Below are positions 11,518-20,790 of a stretch of DNA of 64,000 nt, piece after piece. A program made the position numbers and the translations under genes. The stretch is from Chloroflexota bacterium (GTDB lineage Bacteria > Chloroflexota > UBA11872 > VXOZ01): positions 1 through 64,000 of the forward strand of contig CAXXVD010000004.1 in the NCBI GenBank assembly GCA_963662335.2, written 5' to 3'. The notes beneath the pieces are model-generated. The model searched no databases, had not been told where the DNA came from, and saw only the letters and a list, made by a program, of their open reading frames with translations. How positions within the stretch are numbered: the first letter of the stretch is position 1; each line of letters opens with the position of its first letter.

Positions 11518-12285
11518 ATGAAACTTACCGACAAAGTCGCAATCGTCACCGGCGCCGGGCGGGGGATTGGCCGGGCCACGGCGGAACGCCTGGCGGAGGC
11601 GGGCGCGCGGGTGGTGGTAGCGGACGTGAACGCCGTGTCCGCGGCGGCCGTTGCCAGCGCCATCGAGGGCGCGGGCGGCGGCGCAATCGGCGTGCCGGTG
11701 GACGTTGCCAATGAGGCGGACGCGGAGCGCATGGCCCAGGTGGCGCGCGAGCGCTTTGGCCGCATCGACGCGCTGGTCAACAACGCCGGCATCGGCCTCT
11801 ATACGCCGCTGCTGGAAACCACGTTGGAGCAGTGGAACCAGGTGCTTGCCGTGAATCTGACGGGCATCTTCCTCTGCGCCAAATACTGCGTCCCGGCCAT
11901 GGTAGAGAGCGGCGGCGGGAGCATCGTCAACATCGCCTCGGTGCGCGCCCTTGCCACCACGGCGCGCACCACGGCCTACACCGCCACCAAGGGCGCGGTG
12001 ATCGCGTTGACAAAGGCCATGGCGACCGAATTGGGCGACGACGGCATTCGCGTCAACTGCGTGCTCCCCGGCGCGATCGACACCGACATGATGCGCGAGA
12101 ACCTGGCGGAAGACGGCGTGAGCTATGCAGACGGCATCGACGCCGTTCAACGCACGACGCCCTTGCGCCGGGTCGGCGCGGGCCGGGACATCGCCAACGC
12201 CGTGCTCTTCCTCGCCTCCGCTGAAGCCGCGTACGCCACCGGCGCGGCCTTCGTCATCGACGGCGGACGGAGTGTGCAACTGTAG
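11518..12285 (+). CDS. SDR family oxidoreductase
   Basis: TGAGRGIG, NNAG, YTATK and VIDGG motifs. Confidence 0.92.
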   Translation: MKLTDKVAIVTGAGRGIGRATAERLAEAGARVVVADVNAVSAAAVASAIEGAGGGAIGVPVDVANEADAERMAQVARERFGRIDALVNNAGIGLYTPLLETTLEQWNQVLAVNLTGIFLCAKYCVPAMVESGGGSIVNIASVRALATTARTTAYTATKGAVIALTKAMATELGDDGIRVNCVLPGAIDTDMMRENLAEDGVSYADGIDAVQRTTPLRRVGAGRDIANAVLFLASAEAAYATGAAFVIDGGRSVQL

Positions 12286-12398
12286 CGCGCCCAAAGCCCT
12301 TCTCGCACTTCCCTCGTCCGCGCTCTGCGGCCGGCCCGGCCATGCACTGCCCTGTGAGTCCGCCGCGCGGCGCGCGGTAGTTGCGCGGCGATACCCAG

Positions 12399-12407
12399 TG
12401 GTATAAT
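12399..12407 (+). promoter_or_regulatory. Extended -10 promoter (TGgTATAAT)
   Basis: Perfect TGnTATAAT about 80 nt upstream of the 12485 ORF. Confidence 0.6.
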
Positions 12408-12484
12408 GAGGAGGCATAGCACAAGACGTTCTGCAAGACGAAGCGCTCGCGGCGCGGCGGCTGAAGGCGCAGGAAAAGGGAACC

Positions 12485-12700
12485 ATGGAACCGACAGTAA
12501 ACTTTCCTCGGTGTTTGAAGTGTGACATAGGCGTGCTCGTGCCGTTTTCCGACTTTGGCGGGCACGGCGCGTCGGTGACGTTCAAGGCGTGGGTGTGCAC
12601 CAATCCCGACTGTCTTTTCAATCTTAAAATTCGCAATGGAGACGTCTACGTAAACGAACCGGTCACCGATGCCGCGCGCGAGCCCCGTCCTGTGCGCTAG
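12485..12700 (+). CDS. Small Zn-ribbon-like hypothetical protein
   Basis: CLKC...WVCTNPDC; AAGGGA SD; promoter upstream. Confidence 0.75.
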   Translation: MEPTVNFPRCLKCDIGVLVPFSDFGGHGASVTFKAWVCTNPDCLFNLKIRNGDVYVNEPVTDAAREPRPVR

Positions 12701-12786
12701 TCACGCCGCCGCGGCCGACGACCACGGGGAAGGGCAGTGCGGCGCGGACTAGACCGCTCTCGTCGACTCGTCACAGGGCACCCGCT

Positions 12787-13620
12787 ATGGCAAGGATACT
12801 CTTACGTGAGCAGTACGCGTGCTACAATCACCCGCACCGCAAGACCACTGAGCGATGCGACCGCTGCGGCACGGTCTACTGTGCCGAGTGCCTGACGGCG
12901 CGAGGCAAGCGGCGCTTTTGCGGCCATTGCGCCACCGAGTACGATGCCATTCAGGCGCGCCGCCAACGTCCGCTGCGCCAGAAGCTCATGGACTTCGCGC
13001 CCAGCCGCGCATCCGTCTTGGTCTCGCTCTTCTTCTTCGTCTTGATCGTGGCGGTCGCCGGTATCGTGGGGAGGCAACTTGCTTCGATTACGCTCGAACC
13101 GGAAGAGGCGGCGCGCGTCGCGCGCGCCTTCCGCGGCACGTTGCAAACGACGGAGGGTCTCAACCTGGTCGAAGCGATCGTGGGCGGGCAGGTGGTTGCG
13201 GCTTCCAGCGAGCGGGAAGAGGGCGACCACTTGGCAAAGCGGCTGGTGGACGGCTGGGCGGATCCGCAGGTACCGGATTGGCGCGCACAGGGCGCCGGCT
13301 TCCCACAGGAAATCGTGTTTGCCATCGAGCGGCACGTGCTCGCCGGCGCCCAAGCCTACGCCAACACCGTGACCCTCCAAGCCAGCGAACAAAGCCCGCC
13401 GGAGACGTGGGTGCGCGAGTTCCGCGTGTTCGTAAGCACGGAATCGGCGGATGGACCTTGGGAGGAGGTCGGCGCGTACACCTTGGCCGAGAGTTCGCTC
13501 CTGCAACGGTTCAGCTTCGAGACCCGGCCGGCTTGGTACGTCAAGCTGGTGATCCTGAGCAATCACGGCAGCAGTGAGTACACGTCACTGGCGGAGGTGG
13601 GCGTGTATCTCACACAGTAG
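12787..13620 (+). CDS. B-box Zn finger - TM helix - discoidin (F5/8 type C)-like membrane protein
   Basis: CYNHP...CDRC...CAEC...CGHC, hydrophobic SVLVSLFFFVLIVAVAGIV, and AKRLVDG...YVKLVILSNHG...SLAEVGVY. Confidence 0.75.
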   Translation: MARILLREQYACYNHPHRKTTERCDRCGTVYCAECLTARGKRRFCGHCATEYDAIQARRQRPLRQKLMDFAPSRASVLVSLFFFVLIVAVAGIVGRQLASITLEPEEAARVARAFRGTLQTTEGLNLVEAIVGGQVVAASSEREEGDHLAKRLVDGWADPQVPDWRAQGAGFPQEIVFAIERHVLAGAQAYANTVTLQASEQSPPETWVREFRVFVSTESADGPWEEVGAYTLAESSLLQRFSFETRPAWYVKLVILSNHGSSEYTSLAEVGVYLTQ

Positions 13621-13662
13621 CGGCCAGGCCGGGCGCGCTGCCGCAACCCCGCTCGCGCTGCC

Positions 13663-13868
13663 GTAGCGCGGGGGCTTGCCCCCCGCTTCTTAGCGCGCAC
13701 GGCAGGAGTAGCGCGGGGGCTTGTCCCCCGCCTCTTAGCGCGCACGGCAGGAGTAGCGCGGGGGCTTGTCCCCCGCCTTTTGACGGGAACGGTAGCGCGG
13801 GGGCTCGTCCCCCGCCTCATGGCGGGAACAGTAGCGCGGGGGCTTGTCCCCTGCCTCTTGGCGCGCAC
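13663..13868 (+). repeat. Array of five GTAG REP-like palindromes
   Basis: GTAGCGCGGGGGCTTGTCCCCCGC variants start at 13663, 13708, 13753, 13792 and 13831 (periods 45, 45, 39, 39). Confidence 0.92.
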
Positions 13869-13977
13869 AACACAATCCGCCCTCGGCCAAACCCCGAGAG
13901 CATGTTCAACGTCTTTCTCCGCAACGGATAACGCGCCGCAACCTCCGAACACATATCGACGGACGGAAAGCCACAGG

Positions 13978-14991
13978 ATGAAACAGTTCAAGCAACTCTT
14001 TGGCGGCAAATCGCTGGAAGAGAGCGTAGAGAAGAGCCGCGGCGGCGCGTTTTCCGCGCTGCGCGACCTCTTTCGGCCCGGAGTCCGGCTGGACGAGGAC
14101 TTCTGGGAAGAGCTAGAGGACACCCTCATCATGGCCGACGTGGGCCCCTACCTTGCGGAGGAACTCACGTCCAACGCGCGTGAGGCGCTCGCCCAGACGA
14201 ACGTGGACTCGGCAACCGAGGCGCATAGTCTCATCGCGGAGCTTCTTGTGGCGCAACTCGCCGCCGCTTCCGCGTCTGCGACGAAGTCGGCGTCTGCGAC
14301 GAAGTCGGCGTCTGCGACGAAGTCGGCGTCTGCGACGAAGTCGGCGGAACTTCTCACCGCCCGCCCGCTGACCGTCGTGCTCATGGTCGGCGTCAACGGT
14401 TCCGGCAAGACCACAACCACCGCCAAGCTGGCGTACTGGTTGCAGCGGCAAGGCCACACGTGCATGTTGGCGGCGGCGGATACGTTCCGCGCCGCGGCCA
14501 GCGACCAGTTGCGCGTCTGGGCCGAGCGCATCGACGTGCCCGTGATCGCGCAGCAACCGGGCGCGGACCCCGGCGCCGTGACGTTCGACGCCATCGATTC
14601 CGCGCTGGCGCGCAACGTCTCCCACCTCATCGTGGACACCGCGGGCCGCCTCCACACCAAGACGAACCTGATGGACGAACTGCGCAAAGTGCACCGCATC
14701 ACCGCCAACCGCGTCGGCGCGGCGGCAATCGAGACCTTGCTCGTCATCGACGCGATTACGGGCCAAAACGTCCTCAACCAGGCCAAGCTCTTCCGCGATG
14801 CCGTGCCGGTTACCGGCGTCGTGCTCACCAAACTCGACAGCACCGCCCGGGGCGGCAGCGTATTCGGCATTGCCCGCGAACTGGCGCTGCCTATAAAGCT
14901 GGTCGGCACCGGCGAGCAATTGAACGACATGGATACGTTCGACAACGCCCGCTTCGTGCGCGCTTTGCTCAGCGAGACCGTGCCCACCTAG
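13978..14991 (+). CDS. ftsY: SRP receptor FtsY (no acidic A domain)
   Basis: LIMADVG, GVNGSGKTTT, DTFRAAA, DTAGRLH and TKLDSTARGG motifs. Confidence 0.95.
   Translation: MKQFKQLFGGKSLEESVEKSRGGAFSALRDLFRPGVRLDEDFWEELEDTLIMADVGPYLAEELTSNAREALAQTNVDSATEAHSLIAELLVAQLAAASASATKSASATKSASATKSASATKSAELLTARPLTVVLMVGVNGSGKTTTTAKLAYWLQRQGHTCMLAAADTFRAAASDQLRVWAERIDVPVIAQQPGADPGAVTFDAIDSALARNVSHLIVDTAGRLHTKTNLMDELRKVHRITANRVGAAAIETLLVIDAITGQNVLNQAKLFRDAVPVTGVVLTKLDSTARGGSVFGIARELALPIKLVGTGEQLNDMDTFDNARFVRALLSETVPT
14272..14343 (+). repeat. In-frame 18-bp tandem repeat x4 inside ftsY
   Basis: GCGTCTGCGACGAAGTCG x4, encoding (ASATKS)4. Confidence 0.95.
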
Positions 14992-15064
14992 CAGTTTCGC
15001 GGGCGTAGCGCCGCGCGCAACGCATCGCTACCCGCACCGGTGTCGATGGAAAGGAACATGCAGC

Positions 15065-15799
15065 GTGAAAGGCGTAATTCTCGTCGGCGGCAGCGGCAGC
15101 CGCTTAGACCCGCTCACGCGCGTGACCAACAAGCACCTGCTGCCTATTTATGACAAGCCGATGGTCTACTATCCGCTCCAGGCGGTGGTGAATGCCGGCA
15201 TCACGGACATCATGCTGGTTACGGGGGGCGACAGCGCCGGCGACTTTCTGCGCCTGCTGGGCAACGGCAGCGACTTTGGGCTGAAGCGGCTCCACTACAC
15301 CTATCAAGACCGTCCCGGCGGCATCGCCCACGCCCTTGGCCTGGCGCGCGACTTCGCCGAGGGCGACTCCGTGCTGCTGATGCTGGGCGACAACATCATC
15401 GAGCACAACCTGGCCGCGGCGCGCCGGCACTTCGAGGCCCAAGGCCGCGGCGCGCGCATCATCCTGACGCGGGTGGCGAATCCGGCCAGCTACGGCGTGG
15501 TGGAGATTGAAAACGACCGCATCAAACGCATCACGGAGAAACCCGCCGCGCCAAAGTCGAACCTGGTGCAGACCGGCATCTACTTCTACGATGAGCGCGT
15601 CTTCGAGATCGTCTCCGGCCTGCGGCCCTCGGAGCGGGGCGAGTTGGAGATTACCGACGTGAACACCTACTATCTCCAAGAAGGCAATCTGGAGTACGAT
15701 ATTCTTGAGGGCTTCTGGGCGGACTGCGGCGAGTCGTTCGAGACGTACCTGGAGGCCCAGAACCTGGTAGCCGCCCATGGCGCGAATAAGGTAGCGTAG
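15065..15799 (+). CDS. Sugar-phosphate nucleotidyltransferase, short RmlA/SpsI-like (glucose-1-P thymidylyltransferase)
   Basis: GGSGSRLDPLT...NKHLLPIYDKPMVYYP, LGDN, EKP and SERGELEITD motifs. Confidence 0.9.
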   Translation: MKGVILVGGSGSRLDPLTRVTNKHLLPIYDKPMVYYPLQAVVNAGITDIMLVTGGDSAGDFLRLLGNGSDFGLKRLHYTYQDRPGGIAHALGLARDFAEGDSVLLMLGDNIIEHNLAAARRHFEAQGRGARIILTRVANPASYGVVEIENDRIKRITEKPAAPKSNLVQTGIYFYDERVFEIVSGLRPSERGELEITDVNTYYLQEGNLEYDILEGFWADCGESFETYLEAQNLVAAHGANKVA

Positions 15800-15890
15800 T
15801 CCAAGACGATTGCTGCCGCTGAATGGCAAATTTTCGCGGAGGCGGCGCCGCTCGTCCAAACCGCTGAATACTCGCTGGTGAGAGCACATC

Positions 15891-17222
15891 ATGTTTGAAT
15901 CGCTTTCGGATCGCCTGCAGGGCGTGTTCCAGAAACTGCGCGGACGCGGCAAACTGAGCGAAGCCGACGTGGACGCCGCCCTGCGCGAAGTGCGCATGGC
16001 CCTGCTGGAGGCGGACGTCAATTTCAAGGTCGCCCGCGACTTCCTCAAGGCGTTGCGCGCCCGGGCCGTAGGCGCGGAGGTGCTGGAAAGCCTTACGCCC
16101 GGCCAGCAGGTCATCAAGATCGTGCACGAGGAGTTGATCCGCTTGCTCGGCGACCCGGTTCCCCTCGCGCTCACCGGCTCGCCGCCGCACGTCATCCTGC
16201 TGGTCGGCCTGCAAGGCTCGGGCAAGACCACCGCCGCCGGCAAACTGGCGCTCGCGCTGCGCAAGCAGGGGCAACGCTGCCTGCTCGCCGCCGCCGACAT
16301 CTATCGTCCGGCCGCGGTCGAACAGCTTCAAACTATCGGCAAGCAGATCGACGTGCCCGTGCACGCCATGGGCACGTCGCAGCCGCCCCACGAAATCGCG
16401 CGCGCGGCCGTCGCGCGGGCGAGCAGCGAACGCCTGGGCACGGTCATCGTCGATACCGCCGGACGCCTGCAAATCGACGCGGAGATGATGGCCGAGGTGC
16501 AGGACATTGCCCAAGCCGTTTCACCACAGGAAGTGCTGCTGGTCGCGGACGCCATGACCGGACAGGAAGCCGTCAACGTGGCGCAAGCGTTCCACGAGCA
16601 GGCGCCCTTGACGGGACTGATCCTCACCAAGACCGACGGCGACGCCCGCGGCGGCGCGGCGCTCTCCATGCGCAGCGTAACCGGCGTACCGATCAGATAC
16701 CTGGGCAGCGGCGAAAAGATCGAGCCGCTCGACCCGTTCTACCCGGACCGCCTGGCTTCGCGCATTCTCGGCATGGGCGACGTGCTCAGTCTCATCGAAC
16801 GCGCGGAAGAGACCATCGACGCCGAGCAAGCCGCCACGATTGAGAAGAAGCTACGCACCGCCAGCTTTACGTTGGAAGACTTCGTCGAGCAGTTGCAGCA
16901 AATCAGGAAGATGGGCTCGCTGGGCCAAATCCTGGATATGGTCCCCGGCATGAGCCAGATCACGCGCAATCCCGCCATGGCCGCGGCGCTGGACGAACGC
17001 CAGTTTGCGCGCGTCGAGGCGATGATCTACTCGATGACGCCGGCTGAACGGCGCAATCCGGCCATGATAGACGGCTCGCGGCGGCGGCGCATCGCGGCCG
17101 GCAGCGGCACCACTCCCGCTGAGGTCAACCAACTCCTCAACAATTTCCGCAAGATGCAGACGGTCATGAAGTCGTTTGCCTCGGGCAAGATGCCCCGGGA
17201 CCTCACGCGGCTCTTCGGTTAG
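15891..17222 (+). CDS. ffh: Signal recognition particle protein
   Basis: ALLEADV, GLQGSGKTT, DTAGRLQ, DGDARGG and M domain SMTPAERRNP...SRRRRIAAGSG. Confidence 0.97.
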   Translation: MFESLSDRLQGVFQKLRGRGKLSEADVDAALREVRMALLEADVNFKVARDFLKALRARAVGAEVLESLTPGQQVIKIVHEELIRLLGDPVPLALTGSPPHVILLVGLQGSGKTTAAGKLALALRKQGQRCLLAAADIYRPAAVEQLQTIGKQIDVPVHAMGTSQPPHEIARAAVARASSERLGTVIVDTAGRLQIDAEMMAEVQDIAQAVSPQEVLLVADAMTGQEAVNVAQAFHEQAPLTGLILTKTDGDARGGAALSMRSVTGVPIRYLGSGEKIEPLDPFYPDRLASRILGMGDVLSLIERAEETIDAEQAATIEKKLRTASFTLEDFVEQLQQIRKMGSLGQILDMVPGMSQITRNPAMAAALDERQFARVEAMIYSMTPAERRNPAMIDGSRRRRIAAGSGTTPAEVNQLLNNFRKMQTVMKSFASGKMPRDLTRLFG

Positions 17223-17240
17223 CACACGCTCTTCGGCAGG

Positions 17241-17380
17241 ACACCCTTGCGCAAACCCCTCATTCCGGCGAAAGCCGGAATCCAGAGGCACGATTACCGC
17301 TGCAATTGGGCGAAGTCAACACCTTTCACCCCCATCCCAACCTTCCCCCTCGAGGGGGAAGGGGTTTGCGCAAAGGTCTC
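17241..17380. mobile_element. MITE-like element with terminal inverted repeats enclosing two palindromic repeats
   Basis: ACCCTTGCGCAAACCCCT ... AGGGGTTTGCGCAAAGGT flanks enclose CATTCCGGCGAAAGCCGGAATC and CCTTCCCCCTCGAGGGGGAAGG; between convergent ffh and nhaA. Confidence 0.6.
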
Positions 17381-17421
17381 AGCAGGGGGGCTGCGCCTTT
17401 TCCTGTGGCGGCCACGCCCGG

Positions 17422-18861
17422 CTACTCTTGACCCCCGCGCAGGCGGCCAAACTGCGGGCCGAACTGGAACACCAGCCAGCCGAGGACGCTAGCCAGCAGA
17501 GACCCTACCAAAATGCTGACTTTCGCCGTCTCCAGCAGCTCGGTGCCGCCAAGGGCCAGATTCGCAATGAAGAGCGACATGGTAAAGCCGATGCCGGCCA
17601 AGCAGCCGGCTCCCAGCACGTGATACCAGTTGACGCGGCTGGGCAGTGTCGCCAGACCGAGCCGCACCGCGGCCACCGAGAAGAGCATGATGCCCAGCGG
17701 CTTGCCCACCACCAGGCCCAAGGCCACGCCCAAGGCCAGCGGGTCGAGGAGCAGACCGGAAAAGTCGGCGTTGGCGGCGGCGTCACCAAAGACGGCAACG
17801 CCGGCATTGGCCAGCGCGAACAGCGGCATGATGCCGAAGACCGTCCAGGGGTGGAGCGCGCTCTCGAAACGCTGCAACGGCGACTGCGCTCCCACGGCGG
17901 TCCGCTCGATCTGGCGCATCAAGGAGACCTGCTCTTCGTTCAGTAAGCGCTGCCGGGCAGCTTGTTCCCCGGCCGCAAGCGCGTTGCCCTCGTCGCCCGA
18001 CACCTGGGCAAACTCCTCGACGTAGACGCGGCTCAGGTTGGCAAACTCGGCGCTGTCGATGCGGCGGCGCGCCGGAATCGTGAAGGCGGCGATGACGCCG
18101 GCCACCGTGGGATGCACGCCGGACGCGATGAAGGCCGGCCACAACCCGCACGCGATCAGGAGAAAGTAGACCAACGTGCTGCGCACCCCCATGCGGTTCG
18201 CGCCGACGAGCAGCAGCACGAAGACGGCCGCGATGCCAAGCGCCAGCAGCGAAATCTCGCTGGTGTAGAAGATGGCAATCACCAGCACCGCGCCGATGTC
18301 GTCCACGATCGCCAACGCCGTCAGGAAGACCTTAATGGGGGTCGGCACCCGGCTGCCCAGGACTGCCATCACTCCCAGCGTGAAAGCAATGTCGGTGGCC
18401 ATCGGGATGCCCCAGCCGCGTTGCGCCGGGCCGCCCCAGTTGAACCACAGGAAGATGGCGGCGGGCACCACCATGCCGCCGATTGCCGCCATGATCGGCA
18501 GCATGGCCTTGCGCGGCGCGGCCAGTTCCCCGGCAATCACTTCACGCTTGATCTCCAAGCCCACCACGAAAAAGAAGATCACCATCAAGCCGTCGTTTAT
18601 CCAGTATTCGAGCGGCTTGTCGAAAGGCGGCAGGTCGCCGAAGTGCACGGATACGTGGAGATGCCAGAGGTCGAAGTAAGACGACGCCAACGGGGAGTTG
18701 GCCCACACCAGCGCCACGATGACGCAGGCCAGAAGGACGATGCCGCTCGACGCTTGCGCGTGGGCAAACTCGCGAAAGAGTCCCATGACGCGAAACGGCG
18801 ACTGCGCCAGCGGCCAGGGGCGGCGGCTGCGGCTTTGGGAACTGTCCGTCGGATTCTTCAC
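17422..18861 (-). CDS. nhaA: Na+/H+ antiporter NhaA (long-loop type)
   Basis: WINDGLM, GLEIKRE, GWGIPMATDIAF, LAIVDDIGA, GKPLGI and GIGFTMSLFI motifs. Confidence 0.96.
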   Translation of the reverse strand: MKNPTDSSQSRSRRPWPLAQSPFRVMGLFREFAHAQASSGIVLLACVIVALVWANSPLASSYFDLWHLHVSVHFGDLPPFDKPLEYWINDGLMVIFFFVVGLEIKREVIAGELAAPRKAMLPIMAAIGGMVVPAAIFLWFNWGGPAQRGWGIPMATDIAFTLGVMAVLGSRVPTPIKVFLTALAIVDDIGAVLVIAIFYTSEISLLALGIAAVFVLLLVGANRMGVRSTLVYFLLIACGLWPAFIASGVHPTVAGVIAAFTIPARRRIDSAEFANLSRVYVEEFAQVSGDEGNALAAGEQAARQRLLNEEQVSLMRQIERTAVGAQSPLQRFESALHPWTVFGIMPLFALANAGVAVFGDAAANADFSGLLLDPLALGVALGLVVGKPLGIMLFSVAAVRLGLATLPSRVNWYHVLGAGCLAGIGFTMSLFIANLALGGTELLETAKVSILVGSLLASVLGWLVFQFGPQFGRLRGGQE

Positions 18862-19053
18862 CGTTCATTCCTAGCTGCGTCAGCCAATCGAAACTGCGCC
18901 CCGCTAGGCTCTGGTTCAGAGCGCGCGAGGCACCTATATACTATAGCGCACCGGCATCAATGGTTCCCCGCCCACCGCGCCGTTCCCGCAGGGCCTGCAC
19001 TTCCACTCGCGCATAGCCCATCACCCCGTTCGCGCCGGATCCTGAGCCAGCCG

Positions 19054-20577
19054 CTAGCTCGTATTCAGCTTAGGCCGGTACTGCAGCGCCTCAGCCAGGT
19101 GCGGCACGTTGATGATGTCAGACTCATCCATGTCCGCGATCGTGCGCGCCAGCTTGAGCACCCGGTGGAAACTCCGCGCCGTCAGGTGCATCCGGTCCAT
19201 CGCGGTGCGCATCAGGTCCTGCGCTTCCTTCCGCAGAGCGCAGTATTCGCGCACGTGGCGCGGCCCTATCTCGGCGTTAGTCTTGAACGGCAGGGCCGCG
19301 AAGCGCTCGCGCTGCACCTGGCGCGCCCGGATCACCCGCTGGCGCACGCCGGCCGAGGGCTCCCCCCGCCGGTCGTCGGTCAGCTTGTCGTATTCCACCC
19401 GCGGCACCTCGACGTGAATGTCGATGCGGTCCAGCAGCGGGCCGGAGAGTTTCCGCTGGTAGCGCGTGACGATGGCGGGGTTGCACGTGCAGGAGCGCAC
19501 CGGATCGCCGTACCAGCCGCACGGGCAGGGATTCATCGCCCCAATCAACAGGAACTGGGCCGGAAATGTCAGCGATCCCGATGCCCGCGAGATCGTGACA
19601 GCGCCGGATTCCAGCGGCTGTCGCAGCATGTCGAGCAGGTTGTTCGGAAACTCGGGAATCTCATCCAGAAACAACACGCCGCGATGCGCCTGGCTGATTT
19701 CGCCCGGCCGGGGAAAGCGCCCGCCGCCGACCAGCCCGGCGTGCGAAACGGTGTGATGGGGCGCGCGAAACGGCCGCTTTAACACCAGCGGTTCCTCCGC
19801 CTGCAAGAGCCCGCACACACTGTAGATCTTGCTCACTTCTATCGCCTCTTCCAGCGAGAGCGGCGGCAAGATCGAGGAGACCGCTTGGGCCAGCAACGAC
19901 TTGCCCGTGCCCGGCGGACCGGAGAAGAGTACGTTGTGACCGCCGCTGCACGCCACCTCTAAAGCGCGCTTGGCGTGCTCCTGGCCTTTCACGTCCGCCA
20001 AATCTACGTCGTAGTCCACGCTGTCGTAGTGGGCCGCATCCGGCGGCTGGGCTCTGGCAAGCGACTCGACACCGTTGAGGTGGAGCACCACCTGACGGAG
20101 GTGCGCCGCGCCAAACACGCGCAAGCCGCCGATGATCGCCGCTTCCGGGCCGTTGGACTCCGGCACGAACACCGTCTGAACGCCCCAACGCAGCGCGTTG
20201 GACACCAGCGGCAAGATGCCGTTCGTGTGCCGCAGCGCCCCTTCCAGCGCCAGTTCGCCCAGAAAGAGCGATTGTTCAAGTCCCTCCGCGGCCAACTGGC
20301 CGCTGGCAACCAGGATGCCGATCGCGATGGCTACGTCGAGGCCGGTACCCTCTTTCGCCACGTCGGCGGGCGCCAGGTTGATGGTGACGCGCTTCTGTGG
20401 AAAGGCGAAGCCGGCGTTGCGAATAGCCGCGCGCACGCGCTCGCGCGCTTCCTGCACCGCCGTATCGGGCAAACCGACAATGACGAATGAAGGCAGACCC
20501 TCGGCAAGATCTACCTCTACCTCCACTTGCACACTCTCGAGGCCGACGAGAGTGGCTGCCGAAATCTTCGCAAGCAC
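19054..20577 (-). CDS. comM: ComM/YifB Mg-chelatase-like AAA ATPase
   Basis: VGLPDTAVQEARERV, INLAPAD, GPPGTGKS, PFRAPHHT, PGEISQAHRGVLFLDE and NPCPCG motifs. Confidence 0.93.
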   Translation of the reverse strand: MLAKISAATLVGLESVQVEVEVDLAEGLPSFVIVGLPDTAVQEARERVRAAIRNAGFAFPQKRVTINLAPADVAKEGTGLDVAIAIGILVASGQLAAEGLEQSLFLGELALEGALRHTNGILPLVSNALRWGVQTVFVPESNGPEAAIIGGLRVFGAAHLRQVVLHLNGVESLARAQPPDAAHYDSVDYDVDLADVKGQEHAKRALEVACSGGHNVLFSGPPGTGKSLLAQAVSSILPPLSLEEAIEVSKIYSVCGLLQAEEPLVLKRPFRAPHHTVSHAGLVGGGRFPRPGEISQAHRGVLFLDEIPEFPNNLLDMLRQPLESGAVTISRASGSLTFPAQFLLIGAMNPCPCGWYGDPVRSCTCNPAIVTRYQRKLSGPLLDRIDIHVEVPRVEYDKLTDDRRGEPSAGVRQRVIRARQVQRERFAALPFKTNAEIGPRHVREYCALRKEAQDLMRTAMDRMHLTARSFHRVLKLARTIADMDESDIINVPHLAEALQYRPKLNTS

Positions 20578-20723
20578 GCGAGTCCCCTAAACTGTGCAAT
20601 TGGTAGTCATGTGAGCTTCTCTTAGGGTACGAACAGACAAGGCTGGCTGCAAGCTCCAATTACATAAGGGCCACATCGCCACGAGAGAGCCGAGAGCGTG
20701 TTGCCGAACCGCCGGCACGTGGC

Positions 20724-20735
20724 GAACACTTGTTT
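20724..20735. promoter_or_regulatory. Possible LexA (GAAC-N4-GTTY) box upstream of comM
   Basis: cGAACACTTGTTTc, about 150 nt upstream of the comM start. Confidence 0.3.
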
Positions 20736-20790
20736 CGCGGAAGAGACAATGCGCGCTATCAGTCCGCAGCCCGAAGCCAACGTGTCACAG

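Noticed and set aside
13663-13868. CRISPR-like array of palindromic repeats
   Set aside because: Spacers are only 15-21 nt and resemble each other. The repeat is dispersed as a REP, and no cas genes are present.
13780-13977. N-terminal extension of FtsY in the ORF track
   Set aside because: It is translated REP sequence (VARGLVPR). The ATG at 13978 is the plausible start.
14992-17421. SRP RNA (ffs) near ftsY/ffh
   Set aside because: No helix-8 motif (CAGG..GNRA..AGCAG) was seen in the intergenic gaps.
17962-19782. 606-aa plus-strand ORF
   Set aside because: Antisense shadow of nhaA/comM in high-GC DNA, with no motifs. The same applies to 32921-34483 and 60809-62422.
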